A stretch of DNA of 55,167 nucleotides from Bacteroidota bacterium (GCA_020047755.1 JAIFNL010000003.1:1-55167), one strand, 5' to 3'. Shown: positions 10,009-21,204, numbered from the stretch's first letter. Numbers and translations are program-made. Notes: generated from the sequence alone by a model not told the origin.

Positions 10009-11706
10009 TTATAAACTATATTTTCTTTTTCGTATAAAAAACAAGATGACTGCAAACATTAAAATGACTAAAACTGGAAGTAATACATTGATTACTTGCC
10101 ATTTAGTTCTTTCTGATTGTATGCGCTGTTTATCGAGCAACCGCAATTGAAGTTCGCGCATACGTAGTTTCATAAGTGCCGAATCGCCACACAGATAGTT
10201 TACTGCATTGAGTAAAAATTCTTTGTTTCCTTCGTAGCGCAAGCCCGAATTGCGGTCGTAGCCAAGCGGAAAAACTTCGCCATTTGAAGCCACTTCGTTG
10301 CGAGCTATGTCGCCGTCGCCAGCTACAATAATTTTTGTGTCTTTGCTTTTGGTTTTGAAATTGGGAATTTGGTTTGCCAAATGAGAAATATTTCGGTTTT
10401 TGTAAAGCGATTCAAAACTGCCCTCAAGTAAAACGGCAAAAGGCAAATTGGGCTTGTTGAAAGCATTCGGGTCGGGTTGTTTTCCTATTATTTCGAGGCT
10501 CAAACGCACAGGAACGTGGGCTTCGCGTGCATATTTCGAGCTTTTTAGCAAAACGGTTCTTTTTATTTCCTTGCTATCGCCTACCGTATCTACTGTGCTC
10601 GCAAATTGGGTTTTGATGGAGTTTAAGTATTTGGTTATGAAATGCTTATTGTCCGAACGAATTTCGGGATAATAGAGCCAAGGAAAAAGTTCAATTCCTT
10701 GGTTACTATTGGCGCGACTTGTCAAACCAATAGGCGCACAAGTCAAGTCCATGAGTAGCGTTGGATTTACTCTTGCTCCATACTTAAATAGCTGATCACT
10801 AATATTATATTCAGTCGCCATAGCCAAAGCCGAAGGTGCAGTAGCTAAGCTATCCATCGACGCATTTACGCCATCTACTAGCCAAAGTACTTTTCCTCCG
10901 TTCATAATGTATTGGTCTATAACGAATTTGTCTTCTTCTGAAAATGCTTTGGTTGGATTTGCTATAATGATGGCTTTAAATTCGTCGATTATTCCCAATT
11001 TTCCGCCCAAAATCCCTGTTTGAACTTCGTAATATTCTGAAAGTGTACGAGTTATGTCAACTAATTCGTACTCATGCAACTCGCCGTGCCCTTGAATGAA
11101 TGCTATTTTTTGGCTTTCGTCGGCAGTGAGCTTTCTAATTGCGTTAGTAAATTCATATTCAAGTGATTGTATCGAATTGTTCAGATTTTGTTCGGCAGTT
11201 TGTCCCTTTGTATTTTTTAAAAAATTGATAGGAACTTCTTTGGCATTATAAATTAGTATAGCACCAGGGAAAATAATTTGCTTGCTTTCTTTTCCTTCGC
11301 TATCTTTGTCGTTCAAATCTATTGGTAAAATTCCTTTTTCGTTGAGTTGTGTAAATATCTGTTTACGAACTTCTTTATCGGGATTTTCGCTAGGATTGAT
11401 AAATTCGTAATTTAGATTGTTGCCAGAATAAACTCCAAACTCATCAAGTATTTCTCTAATGCTTCGCTGTAACTGTTTGAATCCAGGCGGCAAACCTTCG
11501 CCATCGAGATAAATTTTTATATAAATGCCTTCTTTGTTTTTTTCGAGCAAATCAATTGTGCTTTGCGAAAGGGTGTAACGTTTTTCGGAAGTCAAATCAA
11601 TTCTAAAAAAAACAAATGATGAAATATAAATAAGTAAAAATACCACAACTATAAAAGTTAAAAGACTTAGAAAGTTGTTCTGTTTCAAATTGTTAGAATT
11701 TTTCAT
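10009..11706 (-). CDS. gldG: Gliding-motility-associated ABC transporter auxiliary protein GldG
   Basis: RIDLTSEKRYTLS, LEYEFTNAI, GHGEL, IDQYIMNGGKVLW, GNKEFLLNAVNYL and C-terminal TM WQVINVLLP. Confidence 0.9.
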   Translation of the reverse strand: MKNSNNLKQNNFLSLLTFIVVVFLLIYISSFVFFRIDLTSEKRYTLSQSTIDLLEKNKEGIYIKIYLDGEGLPPGFKQLQRSIREILDEFGVYSGNNLNYEFINPSENPDKEVRKQIFTQLNEKGILPIDLNDKDSEGKESKQIIFPGAILIYNAKEVPINFLKNTKGQTAEQNLNNSIQSLEYEFTNAIRKLTADESQKIAFIQGHGELHEYELVDITRTLSEYYEVQTGILGGKLGIIDEFKAIIIANPTKAFSEEDKFVIDQYIMNGGKVLWLVDGVNASMDSLATAPSALAMATEYNISDQLFKYGARVNPTLLMDLTCAPIGLTSRANSNQGIELFPWLYYPEIRSDNKHFITKYLNSIKTQFASTVDTVGDSKEIKRTVLLKSSKYAREAHVPVRLSLEIIGKQPDPNAFNKPNLPFAVLLEGSFESLYKNRNISHLANQIPNFKTKSKDTKIIVAGDGDIARNEVASNGEVFPLGYDRNSGLRYEGNKEFLLNAVNYLCGDSALMKLRMRELQLRLLDKQRIQSERTKWQVINVLLPVLVILMFAVILFFIRKRKYSL

Positions 11707-11769
11707 GTGCTTTTGAAAAAAAATTAGAAATCCAGTTTATTTATTTCTTTTCTACCTAAATATTGAAGG

Positions 11770-11777
11770 CAAATTTA
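11770..11777 (-). promoter_or_regulatory. Bacteroidota sigma-A -7 element for gldG
   Basis: TAAATTTG on the minus strand matches TAnnTTTG, about 65 bp upstream of the start. Confidence 0.55.
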
Positions 11778-11801
11778 CAAAAAAACTTTTGAAAATGCAA
11801 T

Positions 11802-13454
11802 TTACTTGCCTAAGCAATACAAAAATCCAGAACTATTCGATGCAATATAAATTTTTCCGTTCCAAACGATGGGCGAAGCTTCAAAAGTTCCTTTCATAAA
11901 TGCTAACTGTTTGAATTTTAAATCTTTATCGTGTTCAAATAAATACAATCCGGTATAAGTGGCTACAATAATTTTGTTGCCTACGATAATGGGCGAGGAG
12001 ATTGTAGGTCCTACATTTTTCTTAAAAACCAGTTCTGGCGTTGGATACATTGTTTTGGCATCAGTTCCTACCACTTTCTCGGTTGCAAGTTTTTGATGAT
12101 TTACTACGTACAAATTACCATCAATTCCACTAAAAACAGCTAAATGTGGTTCATTTTCGCCAACATAAGCGTCATTTACAGCAGCCGAGCCAATAATTCC
12201 TCCAGCCCAAGTAAAGTAGGTTTTGTTTTCGGTCGGAAAAAACCATTCAACAGCTTCGTCGCCTGTTTTTGATGGGTTTAGTTTGTAAACTCCGCCTTTT
12301 CCTGCAATGTACTCTTTTTCAACTGTGATTATCAAGCAATTATCGTCTGTTGCCGGTGGAGTGCCGTCCATGTCTGCGCCAATATAAAAATCCCAGTCTA
12401 ATTTTCCGGTTTTCATGTTGTAACCGTAAACGTGTCCTGAGCCGGTTGTTGAGAAAATACGGTCGCCCAAGAGAGTAGGAGAGGATTCGGTAACTAAATT
12501 TCCGCCGTGTGTCGATTTATCTTTTTCGGTATAAAGTGGAAGTTGTTTGTAGATTTTGGGTTGCAACATTCCGGTTTTCATTTCGGCAAATTGTGGGTCG
12601 GGATTGAAAACCGTAAATAAGCCATTTTCTAAGCCAATGTAAGCTGTATCGCCCACGCCCAAAGCCGAACCGTCCACATCGCGCGAATAACTTGCCGTTT
12701 TTTCGCTGTTCATGCGCCAAAGTTCTTTGCCAGTTAAAAACGAAACGCCTCTAAAACTAGGTGCAACTGCCGAGTTGCCTACTTCGCCGCGACGGCTACC
12801 TTGCATTACAACAACTCTTTCCTCTTCAGTACGTGCATTTTTGTTGATAAAAACTGTTCCTGTGCCTTTTAAAATATCGTCGAATTTGTATTTCCAAATT
12901 ACTTCGCCTGTTTGAGCGTTTATTTTGCGCAAATGATAATCAAATGCTCCTTGAATTAGGTACGTAACATTCTTATCTACAACTACTAACGGTTGTCCAG
13001 TCCAACCTGCACCTGTCCAAACGTACATTTTTCCGTAGGCAAAACTTCTTCCTGAGCCAAGGCTCAATTTCCAATTTTCGTCGAGGTTAGAAGGTGCGTA
13101 ATTTCCGTAATAATTTCGAGCTTCGCCTCCTCTAAATGATGGCACAACTAATTGAATACCAGAAAGTTCTTTTATTTTCTCTTTGGCTAAACCAATCAAA
13201 CCCGATTCGGGGTAGTTTTGAACGAAAAATTCAAAGGCTTCGATGGTATTTACTTTTGAAATGCTATCGAAAATGAGTGAATCTCTGATAACTATCGCTT
13301 TTTCGAGCTCGCCGTCCGATGGATTTGATTTGATAAATTCTTCTATTTCGCCAATACTTTTTGCTTTCGATTCAGCTAATGCTTCTGTTCCTGAATTGCA
13401 AGCAACTGCTAAGAGCATCGAAATTGTTAGAAAACCTATAACTAATTTGTTCAT
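11802..13454 (-). CDS. Lipoprotein with BamB/PQQ-like beta-propeller
   Basis: Lipobox LAVAC, short helical repeats, SFRGG motif, and repeated TGEVIWKY / TGKELW / TGKLDW blades. Confidence 0.82.
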   Translation of the reverse strand: MNKLVIGFLTISMLLAVACNSGTEALAESKAKSIGEIEEFIKSNPSDGELEKAIVIRDSLIFDSISKVNTIEAFEFFVQNYPESGLIGLAKEKIKELSGIQLVVPSFRGGEARNYYGNYAPSNLDENWKLSLGSGRSFAYGKMYVWTGAGWTGQPLVVVDKNVTYLIQGAFDYHLRKINAQTGEVIWKYKFDDILKGTGTVFINKNARTEEERVVVMQGSRRGEVGNSAVAPSFRGVSFLTGKELWRMNSEKTASYSRDVDGSALGVGDTAYIGLENGLFTVFNPDPQFAEMKTGMLQPKIYKQLPLYTEKDKSTHGGNLVTESSPTLLGDRIFSTTGSGHVYGYNMKTGKLDWDFYIGADMDGTPPATDDNCLIITVEKEYIAGKGGVYKLNPSKTGDEAVEWFFPTENKTYFTWAGGIIGSAAVNDAYVGENEPHLAVFSGIDGNLYVVNHQKLATEKVVGTDAKTMYPTPELVFKKNVGPTISSPIIVGNKIIVATYTGLYLFEHDKDLKFKQLAFMKGTFEASPIVWNGKIYIASNSSGFLYCLGK

Positions 13455-13477
13455 TTTTTTTGTTTGTGTATAAAATT

Positions 13478-14428
13478 TTAATTCTTTTTGTAAATATATT
13501 TGCCTTTGCTATCAACTGTAAAAGCTTGTAATTGTTTATGTTGTTCAAAATATTGATAATTTTCTTTCATATTTTCCCAAAGTGCAATTCGTTTTGCATC
13601 GTCTTTGTATTTTGGGTCAGACGAATATTTTTTGAAATTTTCTTCTGTCATTCTATAAGGATAGTTGTGAACAGGTACTTGGCTGATTCCCTTTGCTTTA
13701 GCTTCAACTGCAAAAATATATATTTCTTTAATATCTTCATCGGTAAAAGGCGTGCAATACGTTGAAAAACAACCTCCATGAATTGCAATATCGCCTCCAC
13801 TTCTGCCTCGCTTCTTGTCCGATTCGTTAGGGAAATTTATTTCCAAACGTAGCATATATGGGCTAAATGGATAAAAATTAGCTATGTAATAAAAACTTTC
13901 GGGCACTAATAAATCAATGCCACGCAGCTTGTCTGTATTTTTTGTAACGCACAAATTATAGGTCTTTATGAGTTGGTAAGTTAGATTATTCTTTCTGTCT
14001 TTTGCCCAAATTTCTAGAATTTGCTCACTTTTTATTACACGAATGAAGGTTTCGAGTGTTTCGTAGTCAATTTCTTTCGATTTTAACAGTTCCTTTACGA
14101 GAGGTTCTTTTTCTGAGTAAGCTAATTTTGCATTCTCCCATTTTAATTGGGTTTGCTTAAATTTCAAATCTGGTTTTACCGTATCAAGCTCATTTCTAAG
14201 CTTTAAAATAGTATCTGTAAATTCCGATTTTGGATATTTTTTTATAAAAGCATTGTAAGCTTCAATAGTTCCGGTTTCTTTAGCTTTTTTGCAATCGCCC
14301 CTAATTTCGTCGGGTTGAGTTATTGCTTCTTTTATTTGTTTGTTATCAATAGTTTGAGAGTTTGAGTTGCACGAAATTAGTACAAATGAGAGTGAGGCTA
14401 AAAGACCTAAAATTTTGATTGTTTTCAT
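13478..14428 (-). CDS. L,D-transpeptidase-family (YkuD; YafK/DpaA-like) lipoprotein
   Basis: Lipobox LISC; FIRVIKSEQILEIW, VPESFY, INFPNESD; catalytic IHGGCFSTYC; PYRMT. Confidence 0.8.
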   Translation of the reverse strand: MKTIKILGLLASLSFVLISCNSNSQTIDNKQIKEAITQPDEIRGDCKKAKETGTIEAYNAFIKKYPKSEFTDTILKLRNELDTVKPDLKFKQTQLKWENAKLAYSEKEPLVKELLKSKEIDYETLETFIRVIKSEQILEIWAKDRKNNLTYQLIKTYNLCVTKNTDKLRGIDLLVPESFYYIANFYPFSPYMLRLEINFPNESDKKRGRSGGDIAIHGGCFSTYCTPFTDEDIKEIYIFAVEAKAKGISQVPVHNYPYRMTEENFKKYSSDPKYKDDAKRIALWENMKENYQYFEQHKQLQAFTVDSKGKYIYKKN

Positions 14429-14463
14429 ATTTTATTTTAGAATTTTTTGTTACAAATGCGCTG

Positions 14464-14471
14464 CAAATTTA
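14464..14471 (-). promoter_or_regulatory. Bacteroidota -7 promoter element
   Basis: TAAATTTG on the minus strand, about 35 bp upstream of the start at 14428. Confidence 0.55.
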
Positions 14472-14485
14472 GATAAATTTGTTTC

Positions 14486-14522
14486 AAAAAAAAACCCCGA
14501 GCTTATTTGGCGCGGGGTTTTT
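14486..14522 (-). terminator. Rho-independent terminator after M23 peptidase
   Basis: AAACCCCG...CGGGGTTT stem; the A9 run on + is a U tract on the minus strand. Confidence 0.75.
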
Positions 14523-14541
14523 CTATTTTTTTTATGAGAAA

Positions 14542-15531
14542 TTATTTTTTTTCTTCAAAAACGTGTGTGTCTTCGCTCGATGAGTTTTCTATCATTTTGT
14601 CATATTCTTCGTCACTCAAATCGTTGTAATAATAATTTACTGGATTTACGTGAGTATCGTTTTTCTTTACTTCGTAGTGCAAATGCGAGCTTGTAGATAA
14701 ACCGGTGTTTCCAACCAAGCCTATTACATCGCCTCGTTTTACGCGTTGTCCTTCTTTTACTAAGAATTTGCTTAAATGCCCGTAAACTGTTTCGTATCCA
14801 TAACCGTGGTTGATAATTACGTTTGTACCTAAGCCACCGTGCCAAGCGGCATCAGCTCTTTGTACTACGCCATCGCCGGCTGCATATACTTTGGTTCCGG
14901 TTTCTGCACTTAAATCTACGCCATAGTGCATGCGCACGAATTTCAAAATTGGGTGCATTCTCATGCCAAAAGGCGAACCAAAACGAATCAAATCTTTGCT
15001 GGCAATAGGTCTAATCGCTGGAATGCACGATAGCATTTTGTCTTTTTCTTTGATTCTTTTTACTAGTTCGTCATACGATTTTGATTGAACATAAAGCTGT
15101 TTGGAAAGCTTGCTCATGTGTATATTTAAACCTATGAGTAGTTCTGAATTTTCGTATCCTTGTAGTTCTGTAAACTGTTCGGTACCTCCATAACCTGCAT
15201 TTCTTATCGATTGTGGTATTGGGTCGGCTTCGAATATAGGGCGGTATTTAAAATCGTCTCTGTTTTGAATTTCTGCTAAAACTGTTGCTGATTTTTGCAG
15301 TTTTGATTGTAATAGGTCGTATTTAATTAGTATTTTTTTATTTTCCGATTTGAGCTGTTGCAAACTAGGAGAATCGATAGTATTGAATGCAATTAGAAAA
15401 AATACAATTCCGATGAGTAAACTAATGCCTGATTGTGAAACTAATTTTTTTAAGATGTCTTCTAAAAAGCTAAATTCAACTTTCTTGAAACTTAATGTCT
15501 CCGGATTGAAATGATACTTACTTTTTCGCAT
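14542..15531 (-). CDS. M23 family metallopeptidase
   Basis: HYGVD (HxxxD), YGHL and HLHYEV zinc motifs; N-terminal TM plus coiled coil. Confidence 0.93.
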   Translation of the reverse strand: MRKSKYHFNPETLSFKKVEFSFLEDILKKLVSQSGISLLIGIVFFLIAFNTIDSPSLQQLKSENKKILIKYDLLQSKLQKSATVLAEIQNRDDFKYRPIFEADPIPQSIRNAGYGGTEQFTELQGYENSELLIGLNIHMSKLSKQLYVQSKSYDELVKRIKEKDKMLSCIPAIRPIASKDLIRFGSPFGMRMHPILKFVRMHYGVDLSAETGTKVYAAGDGVVQRADAAWHGGLGTNVIINHGYGYETVYGHLSKFLVKEGQRVKRGDVIGLVGNTGLSTSSHLHYEVKKNDTHVNPVNYYYNDLSDEEYDKMIENSSSEDTHVFEEKK

Positions 15532-15649
15532 AATTTTAATTTGTTTTAGACTCGCTAAAAAACACTGTGAGAGGGTTTAGATTTTTTAGCTTAATTTCTT
15601 TAACCAATGTCTGTATATAACGATATTGACATTTTAATTTTTCTTCGTG

Positions 15650-15657
15650 CAAATATA
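15650..15657 (-). promoter_or_regulatory. Bacteroidota -7 promoter element
   Basis: TATATTTG(CA) on the minus strand upstream of the M23 gene. Confidence 0.55.
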
Positions 15658-15880
15658 GTTATATGTATTATTAATATCCAAATTATTTAATCAAAAATTA
15701 ATAAATTGTTGATAACTTTTGCATTTTATTCATCAAAATGGTCTATTTTTTTGGGTATATTTAACATTTATTTAACAAATAATTATCTGCATAAAATGCA
15801 ATATTACAATTAGTTATCTTTGATTTATTTACATTAAAATAATAGAATTTATTTAATTTTATTATTATTGTTAATTTTTT

Positions 15881-16687
15881 TTATTTTAATGTCGAATTTT
15901 TGCTATTTAAAAACAAATTTGGGTTCGTAGCTATTCCATTTTTCCTTATTTCGAAATGTAAATGCGAAGTTGTTGATAATCCTGTATTACCAACATTTCC
16001 TATGAAATCGCCTTTATTTACTAGCTGTCCCTTTTTTATTAAAATCTTACTCAAATGCGCATATCTTGTCTCAAAAGAAGCGGTATGTTTAATGATAATT
16101 ACTTTCCCGTAGCCGCTCATTGTGCCTGCTTCAGTAACTACTCCAGTGCCTGATGCATAGACATTTACGCCGTGCGGCGAGTCGAAATCAACCCCCTCGT
16201 GAATTCGGCTACCGCGCAAAATTGGGTGCTTTCGGTTGCCAAAAGGAGAGGCTATTTTTGAATATTTTTTATCTACCGGTAAAAAATCAGGAAAATAGCT
16301 TGCTGCATTTTCGCTTGCTCGCTTTTTAGAAAGGCTTGTTAATATCCTTTTGAGGTCTTTCTGTTTTGTATATATATAAGGAGTAAAATTTTTTGATTCT
16401 AATTTGCTTGTAACTATTTTGTTATCTGCACTTTGACTTATTTTTAACGTTGTGAGAGCTTTTGTTAAAGCATTGTTTATCAGTGTTTTATCGTCTATTA
16501 CATAACAAAAATCTTCCGCAAAATATTCTTCATGATATTCGTTGGTATAAAATAAAAAGTAAAGTAAAGGTGATAGCGCTAAAAGGCTTAAAAATGAGAC
16601 AAATACTATTAATTCAAACCTCTTTTCTTTTCTGAAAAGGAAGATTTGCTTAACATTCAAATTGTATATGGACGAATAGCTTTGCAT
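15881..16687 (-). CDS. M23 family metallopeptidase
   Basis: HEGVD, YAHL and HLHFEI motifs; N-terminal TM. Confidence 0.9.
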   Translation of the reverse strand: MQSYSSIYNLNVKQIFLFRKEKRFELIVFVSFLSLLALSPLLYFLFYTNEYHEEYFAEDFCYVIDDKTLINNALTKALTTLKISQSADNKIVTSKLESKNFTPYIYTKQKDLKRILTSLSKKRASENAASYFPDFLPVDKKYSKIASPFGNRKHPILRGSRIHEGVDFDSPHGVNVYASGTGVVTEAGTMSGYGKVIIIKHTASFETRYAHLSKILIKKGQLVNKGDFIGNVGNTGLSTTSHLHFEIRKNGIATNPNLFLNSKNSTLK

Positions 16688-16868
16688 GTATTTGTTTTTT
16701 TACAAATTTAATTTATTCCGATGAAAATTTAATTTTTTTTAGTTAAATGTAAATTAAATTAATTTTAATATGCTGAAAATTAAATAATTTTGTTATTTCA
16801 TACTTCTTGAGCAGTAAGTTTTTGTGAAAAAGCTAGAAAATTATTTTTTTTCACTAAAAGCTTTTTTG

Positions 16869-16876
16869 TATATTTG
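16869..16876 (+). promoter_or_regulatory. Bacteroidota -7 promoter element for alaS
   Basis: TATATTTG(CA) about 165 bp upstream of alaS. Confidence 0.55.
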
Positions 16877-17039
16877 CAAGCTTTTGTATTGGTATGAAAA
16901 CGAAATTAGTATCATTGATTTTTTTGTAAATCCTTAATAATTAATTATTTTTGGTTTTAGAAAAAAATGCAACAGCTTTGAACCAAAAATATATGAAAAA
17001 ACCTATTTAATTTTATTTTAAAATATAAAACGAAAATAA

Positions 17040-19661
17040 ATGACTTCAAAAGAAATCAGAAACGAATTTTTACAATTCTTTGAAAGCAAGCAACATAAAA
17101 TAGTTCCTTCTGCACCCATGGTTATCAAAAATGACCCAACTTTGATGTTTACCAATGCTGGAATGAACCAATTTAAAGATATATTTTTGGGCAATTCGCC
17201 CATTAAATTTCCACGTATTGCCGATTCGCAAAAATGCCTCAGAGTATCGGGTAAACACAATGACCTTGAGGAAGTTGGACATGATACTTACCATCACACT
17301 ATGTTCGAGATGCTTGGAAACTGGTCGTTTGGCGATTATTTTAAGCAAGAGGCAATCGATTGGGCTTGGGAACTTTTGGTAGATAAATTCAAACTCGACC
17401 CAAATAGGCTGTATGCTACTGTTTTTGAGGGAAGTAAAGAAGAAAACTTAGAACTTGACGAAGAAGCCAAAGCGTTGTGGAAGAAATACTTACCTGACGA
17501 GCGAGTTTTGAATGGCTCAAAGAAAGACAACTTTTGGGAAATGGGTGAAACCGGACCTTGCGGACCTTGCTCTGAAATTCATATCGACTTACGCTCTGAT
17601 GAGCAACGCGCTAAAATATCTGGTGCGGAATTAGTGAATCACGACAATCCTTTGGTTATCGAAATTTGGAACTTGGTTTTTATTCAATTTAACCGAAAAG
17701 CCGATGGCAGTTTAGTTCAACTGCCTAACAAACACGTAGATACAGGAATGGGCTTTGAGCGTTTGTGCATGGCAATTCAAGGAAAAACTTCTAATTACGA
17801 TACCGATGTGTTCCAAGATATTATTCAGGAAATAGCAAAACTATCTGGAAAAAAATACGGTGAAAGTGAAAAAGTAAATATTGCTATGCGAGTAATTGCC
17901 GACCATTTGCGTACTGTTTCCTTTTCAATAGCCGATGGACAGCTGCCTTCAAATAATAAAGCAGGTTATGTGATTCGCCGTATTTTGCGTCGTGCCATTC
18001 GTTATGCATATCAATTTTTGGAAATTTCGGAGCCTTTTATCAATCGTTTAGTTCCTACACTCAAAAAAGTTATGGGAGAGGCTTATCCTGAGTTAGTTAG
18101 CCAAGAAGAAATTATTACAAAAGTTATTTTTGAAGAAGAACATTCTTTTTTGAAAACCATAGAAAAAGGCTTAGGTTTGCTCGAAAAAGTAATGAATACA
18201 ACTAAAGGCGAAAATAAAACTGAAATTAGCGGGCATATTGCTTTTGTGCTTTACGATACTTACGGTTTCCCTCTGGATTTGACCGAGTTAGTACTTCGCG
18301 AAAACAATTTGTCGCTTAATTATAAGGAATACGAAGCCGAAATGCAAATTCAAAAAAATCGCTCAAGAGATGCTGCTGCAACGCAGGAAGGCGATTGGGA
18401 AATTTTGGAAGATGTTGAAAATTCTGGTTTTGTAGGTTACGATACGTTGGAAACTGTTGTTGAGATAATTAGATATAGAGAAGTAACTCAAAAGGATAAA
18501 AAATTATATCATTTGGTTTTCAATCGTACACCTTTTTATGCCGAAAGTGGCGGGCAGGTTGGCGATTCTGGTTTTATTCAATTTAATAATCAGAAAACCG
18601 AAATTTTGGATACTCAAAACGAGCATGGAATTATCATTCACATAACCAAAGAGTTACCAAATTTTATTGATGCAAAATTTGAAGCAGTAGTGAATAAAAA
18701 TGCACGCATTTCTACTACCAACAATCACTCAGCTACGCATTTAATGCATTTGGCTTTGCGTCAGATACTTGGCACACATGTAGAGCAAAAAGGTTCGTTG
18801 GTGAATAAAGAATATTTGCGCTTCGACTTTTCGCATTTTGAAAAGCTAACCGATGAACAAATTGCTAAGGTTGAGGACTTTGTAAATGAAAAAATTAGAG
18901 AAAATATTACTCTTGATGAAAAAAGAGGAGTACCGATGGACGAAGCCAAAAAAATGGGTGCAATGGCTCTTTTTGGTGAAAAATACGGCGATTCGGTTCG
19001 CGTGATTCGTTTTGGTGAATCGACCGAGTTGTGTGGTGGAACTCACGCAAAAGCTACTGGACAAATAGGAACGTTTAAAATTATTTCCGAATCGGCTGTT
19101 GCTGCCGGAATCCGTAGAATTGAGGCAATTACTGGCGCAAAGGCAGAAGAATTTACTCGCAGCGAAAGCCTTCAACTTAAAGAAGTTAAGCAAATTTTGA
19201 AAACTTCGGGCAAAATAAGTCAAGCTATTGAAAAACTGTTAGCTGAAAATGCCGAACTTTCTAAAAAAGTTGAAGTTTTTGCCAAAGAAAAAGCCAAAAT
19301 GGAGAAAATTAGCTTATTGCAAAATATTACCAAAATTGGCGATATAAATATTGTTTCGGGAAAAATAAGTATTGATAATGCCAATTCACTCAAAGACTTA
19401 GCTTATCAAATTAAAGGTGAAGTTGAAAATTTGTTTTTGGCAATTGCCGCAGAAATAGATGGAAAACCAAATTTAGCCATTATGATTTCTGATAACTTAG
19501 TGAATGATAAGGGCTTGCATGCCGGAAATATCATTCGCGAAGCTGCAAAAGAAATGAAAGGCGGCGGCGGCGGACAGGCATTTTTTGCAACTGCCGGAGG
19601 CAAAGATGTTAGTGGAATGGAAAATGCGATAAAAAAAGCAATTTCGTTTGTAAAAGCTTAA
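17040..19661 (+). CDS. alaS: Alanine--tRNA ligase
   Basis: [36 protein letters not shown], editing HSATH and ELCGGTH, C-terminal GGGGG; 873 aa. Confidence 0.99.
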   Translation: MTSKEIRNEFLQFFESKQHKIVPSAPMVIKNDPTLMFTNAGMNQFKDIFLGNSPIKFPRIADSQKCLRVSGKHNDLEEVGHDTYHHTMFEMLGNWSFGDYFKQEAIDWAWELLVDKFKLDPNRLYATVFEGSKEENLELDEEAKALWKKYLPDERVLNGSKKDNFWEMGETGPCGPCSEIHIDLRSDEQRAKISGAELVNHDNPLVIEIWNLVFIQFNRKADGSLVQLPNKHVDTGMGFERLCMAIQGKTSNYDTDVFQDIIQEIAKLSGKKYGESEKVNIAMRVIADHLRTVSFSIADGQLPSNNKAGYVIRRILRRAIRYAYQFLEISEPFINRLVPTLKKVMGEAYPELVSQEEIITKVIFEEEHSFLKTIEKGLGLLEKVMNTTKGENKTEISGHIAFVLYDTYGFPLDLTELVLRENNLSLNYKEYEAEMQIQKNRSRDAAATQEGDWEILEDVENSGFVGYDTLETVVEIIRYREVTQKDKKLYHLVFNRTPFYAESGGQVGDSGFIQFNNQKTEILDTQNEHGIIIHITKELPNFIDAKFEAVVNKNARISTTNNHSATHLMHLALRQILGTHVEQKGSLVNKEYLRFDFSHFEKLTDEQIAKVEDFVNEKIRENITLDEKRGVPMDEAKKMGAMALFGEKYGDSVRVIRFGESTELCGGTHAKATGQIGTFKIISESAVAAGIRRIEAITGAKAEEFTRSESLQLKEVKQILKTSGKISQAIEKLLAENAELSKKVEVFAKEKAKMEKISLLQNITKIGDINIVSGKISIDNANSLKDLAYQIKGEVENLFLAIAAEIDGKPNLAIMISDNLVNDKGLHAGNIIREAAKEMKGGGGGQAFFATAGGKDVSGMENAIKKAISFVKA

Positions 19662-19687
19662 TTCGATTTCTCAAGTTAGTCAATTTC

Positions 19688-19731
19688 AACTATCCGAAAG
19701 CGTCAAAACTTTCGGATAGTTTTATTTTTTT
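19688..19731 (+). terminator. Rho-independent terminator after alaS
   Basis: AACTATCCGAAAG / CTTTCGGATAGTT 13-bp perfect stem plus T tract. Confidence 0.85.
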
Positions 19732-19734
19732 ACT

Positions 19735-21204
19735 ATGATTAAAGAACTTATTTTGCACGAATGGCTTGAAAAAACACGCTCTACCTTTTGGCGTAAAAAT
19801 TTGATTATTAATATATTTCTTGCTTTGTTTTTAGCTATTTTTGTGTTGTATTTCATCTTTTTGGCTCTTTATATCGACGTTATTTTGCATAAAATATTTC
19901 CGCACGACGATATTGTTGCAAAATTCACTCTCTTTTTGTTCTATTATTTTGTTTCCGATATAGTTATGCGGTTTTTTTTTCAAAAATTGCCTATTCTCAA
20001 AATCCAACCTTATTTGTTGTTGCCTATTCGGAAAACAAAAATTTTTCATTTTTTGATGATAAAATCACTTTTTTCATTTTTAAATTTTTTTCCTTTAATT
20101 GTTCTAATTCCTTTTGCATTTAAAGTTGTTTTGCCCGAAAAAGGCTTTATTTTTGGCATTAATTGGCTCATCTCTGTTCTTTTTCTGGTACTTTCAAACA
20201 ATTTTATTGTATTTTTTCTGAAGAAAAATTTTTTAATAAAACCTCTTTTTTCTTTATTGGGTGTTTTTAGTTTTTTGTTTTTAATCTATTTAGATTCAGC
20301 AAATTATATTTTGTTTTCCAATTATTTCCAATTTCTTATTTTTAAAATTTCGCATTATTCCGTTTTCTTAACAATTCCATTGGCTTTAATGCTTTTAAGT
20401 TATTGGTTTTCATTTAGTTTAATGAAGAAACATTCGTATTTAGATGCCCTTCAAATTAAGTCTAATTCAGAAGTAAAAATACGGGATTTAATATTTTTAG
20501 AACGATTGGGGAAAATAGGAAATTTGATTCAGCTTGAGCTAAAAATGCTTTGGCGTGGAAAGCGTTCACGTTCGTTATTAATTGTAGCCTTAGTTCTTTT
20601 TCCTTATCTTTTATTATTCTATTCATTTGATAATTTTATGAATAGTTATTACTCGATTGCCATTGGCGTAGTTTTGACTACTGCTTTTAGCTTGCAGTAC
20701 GGACAGTTAATTTTTGCATGGGAAAGTAAATATTTCGATTTAATAAATTCAAAACCAATTAGTTATAAGGAGTTTATACTCTCAAAATATTACTTACTAT
20801 TGGGTTTTAATCTCATTAGTTTTATATTGTCTTTACCTTTTGTTTTTTTTGGACTTGATATTCTTTTGATAAATTTTTCGGCATTTCTGTTCAATTGTGG
20901 GTTTTCTATTTATCTTTTTCTGTTTTTGGGTTGTTTCAACCATTCAAAAGTTGATAATTCGAAAGGAGCTTTTTTCAATTATGAAGGTGTGCAAATAATT
21001 CAAATGTTTGCGAGCTTTCCCATTGTAATTTTACCAATTTTGATTTTTATTCCGTTTGAATTGTTCGGATTTTTTCACTCCGGATTCATTGCCATTGGCA
21101 TTTTTGGGCTATTTGGCATTTTGTTGCGAAATCAAATTTTGGCTTATATTGTTAAATTTTTCATAAAGAAAAGGCATAAAATGTTGGTGGGCTTTAGAAA
21201 ATGA
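19735..21204 (+). CDS. DUF5687-family polytopic membrane protein (ABC-2-like permease)
   Basis: About 12 TM segments with RFFFQKLP..IQPYLLLPI, ELKMLWR.KR and YGQLIFAWES.YF motifs. Confidence 0.8.
   Translation: MIKELILHEWLEKTRSTFWRKNLIINIFLALFLAIFVLYFIFLALYIDVILHKIFPHDDIVAKFTLFLFYYFVSDIVMRFFFQKLPILKIQPYLLLPIRKTKIFHFLMIKSLFSFLNFFPLIVLIPFAFKVVLPEKGFIFGINWLISVLFLVLSNNFIVFFLKKNFLIKPLFSLLGVFSFLFLIYLDSANYILFSNYFQFLIFKISHYSVFLTIPLALMLLSYWFSFSLMKKHSYLDALQIKSNSEVKIRDLIFLERLGKIGNLIQLELKMLWRGKRSRSLLIVALVLFPYLLLFYSFDNFMNSYYSIAIGVVLTTAFSLQYGQLIFAWESKYFDLINSKPISYKEFILSKYYLLLGFNLISFILSLPFVFFGLDILLINFSAFLFNCGFSIYLFLFLGCFNHSKVDNSKGAFFNYEGVQIIQMFASFPIVILPILIFIPFELFGFFHSGFIAIGIFGLFGILLRNQILAYIVKFFIKKRHKMLVGFRK

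Noticed and set aside
15532-15880. Replication origin (DnaA-box-like TGTTGATAA at 15707-15715; dnaN in window)
   Set aside because: Only one box was seen and there is no dnaA; dnaN is generally not tied to oriC in Bacteroidota.
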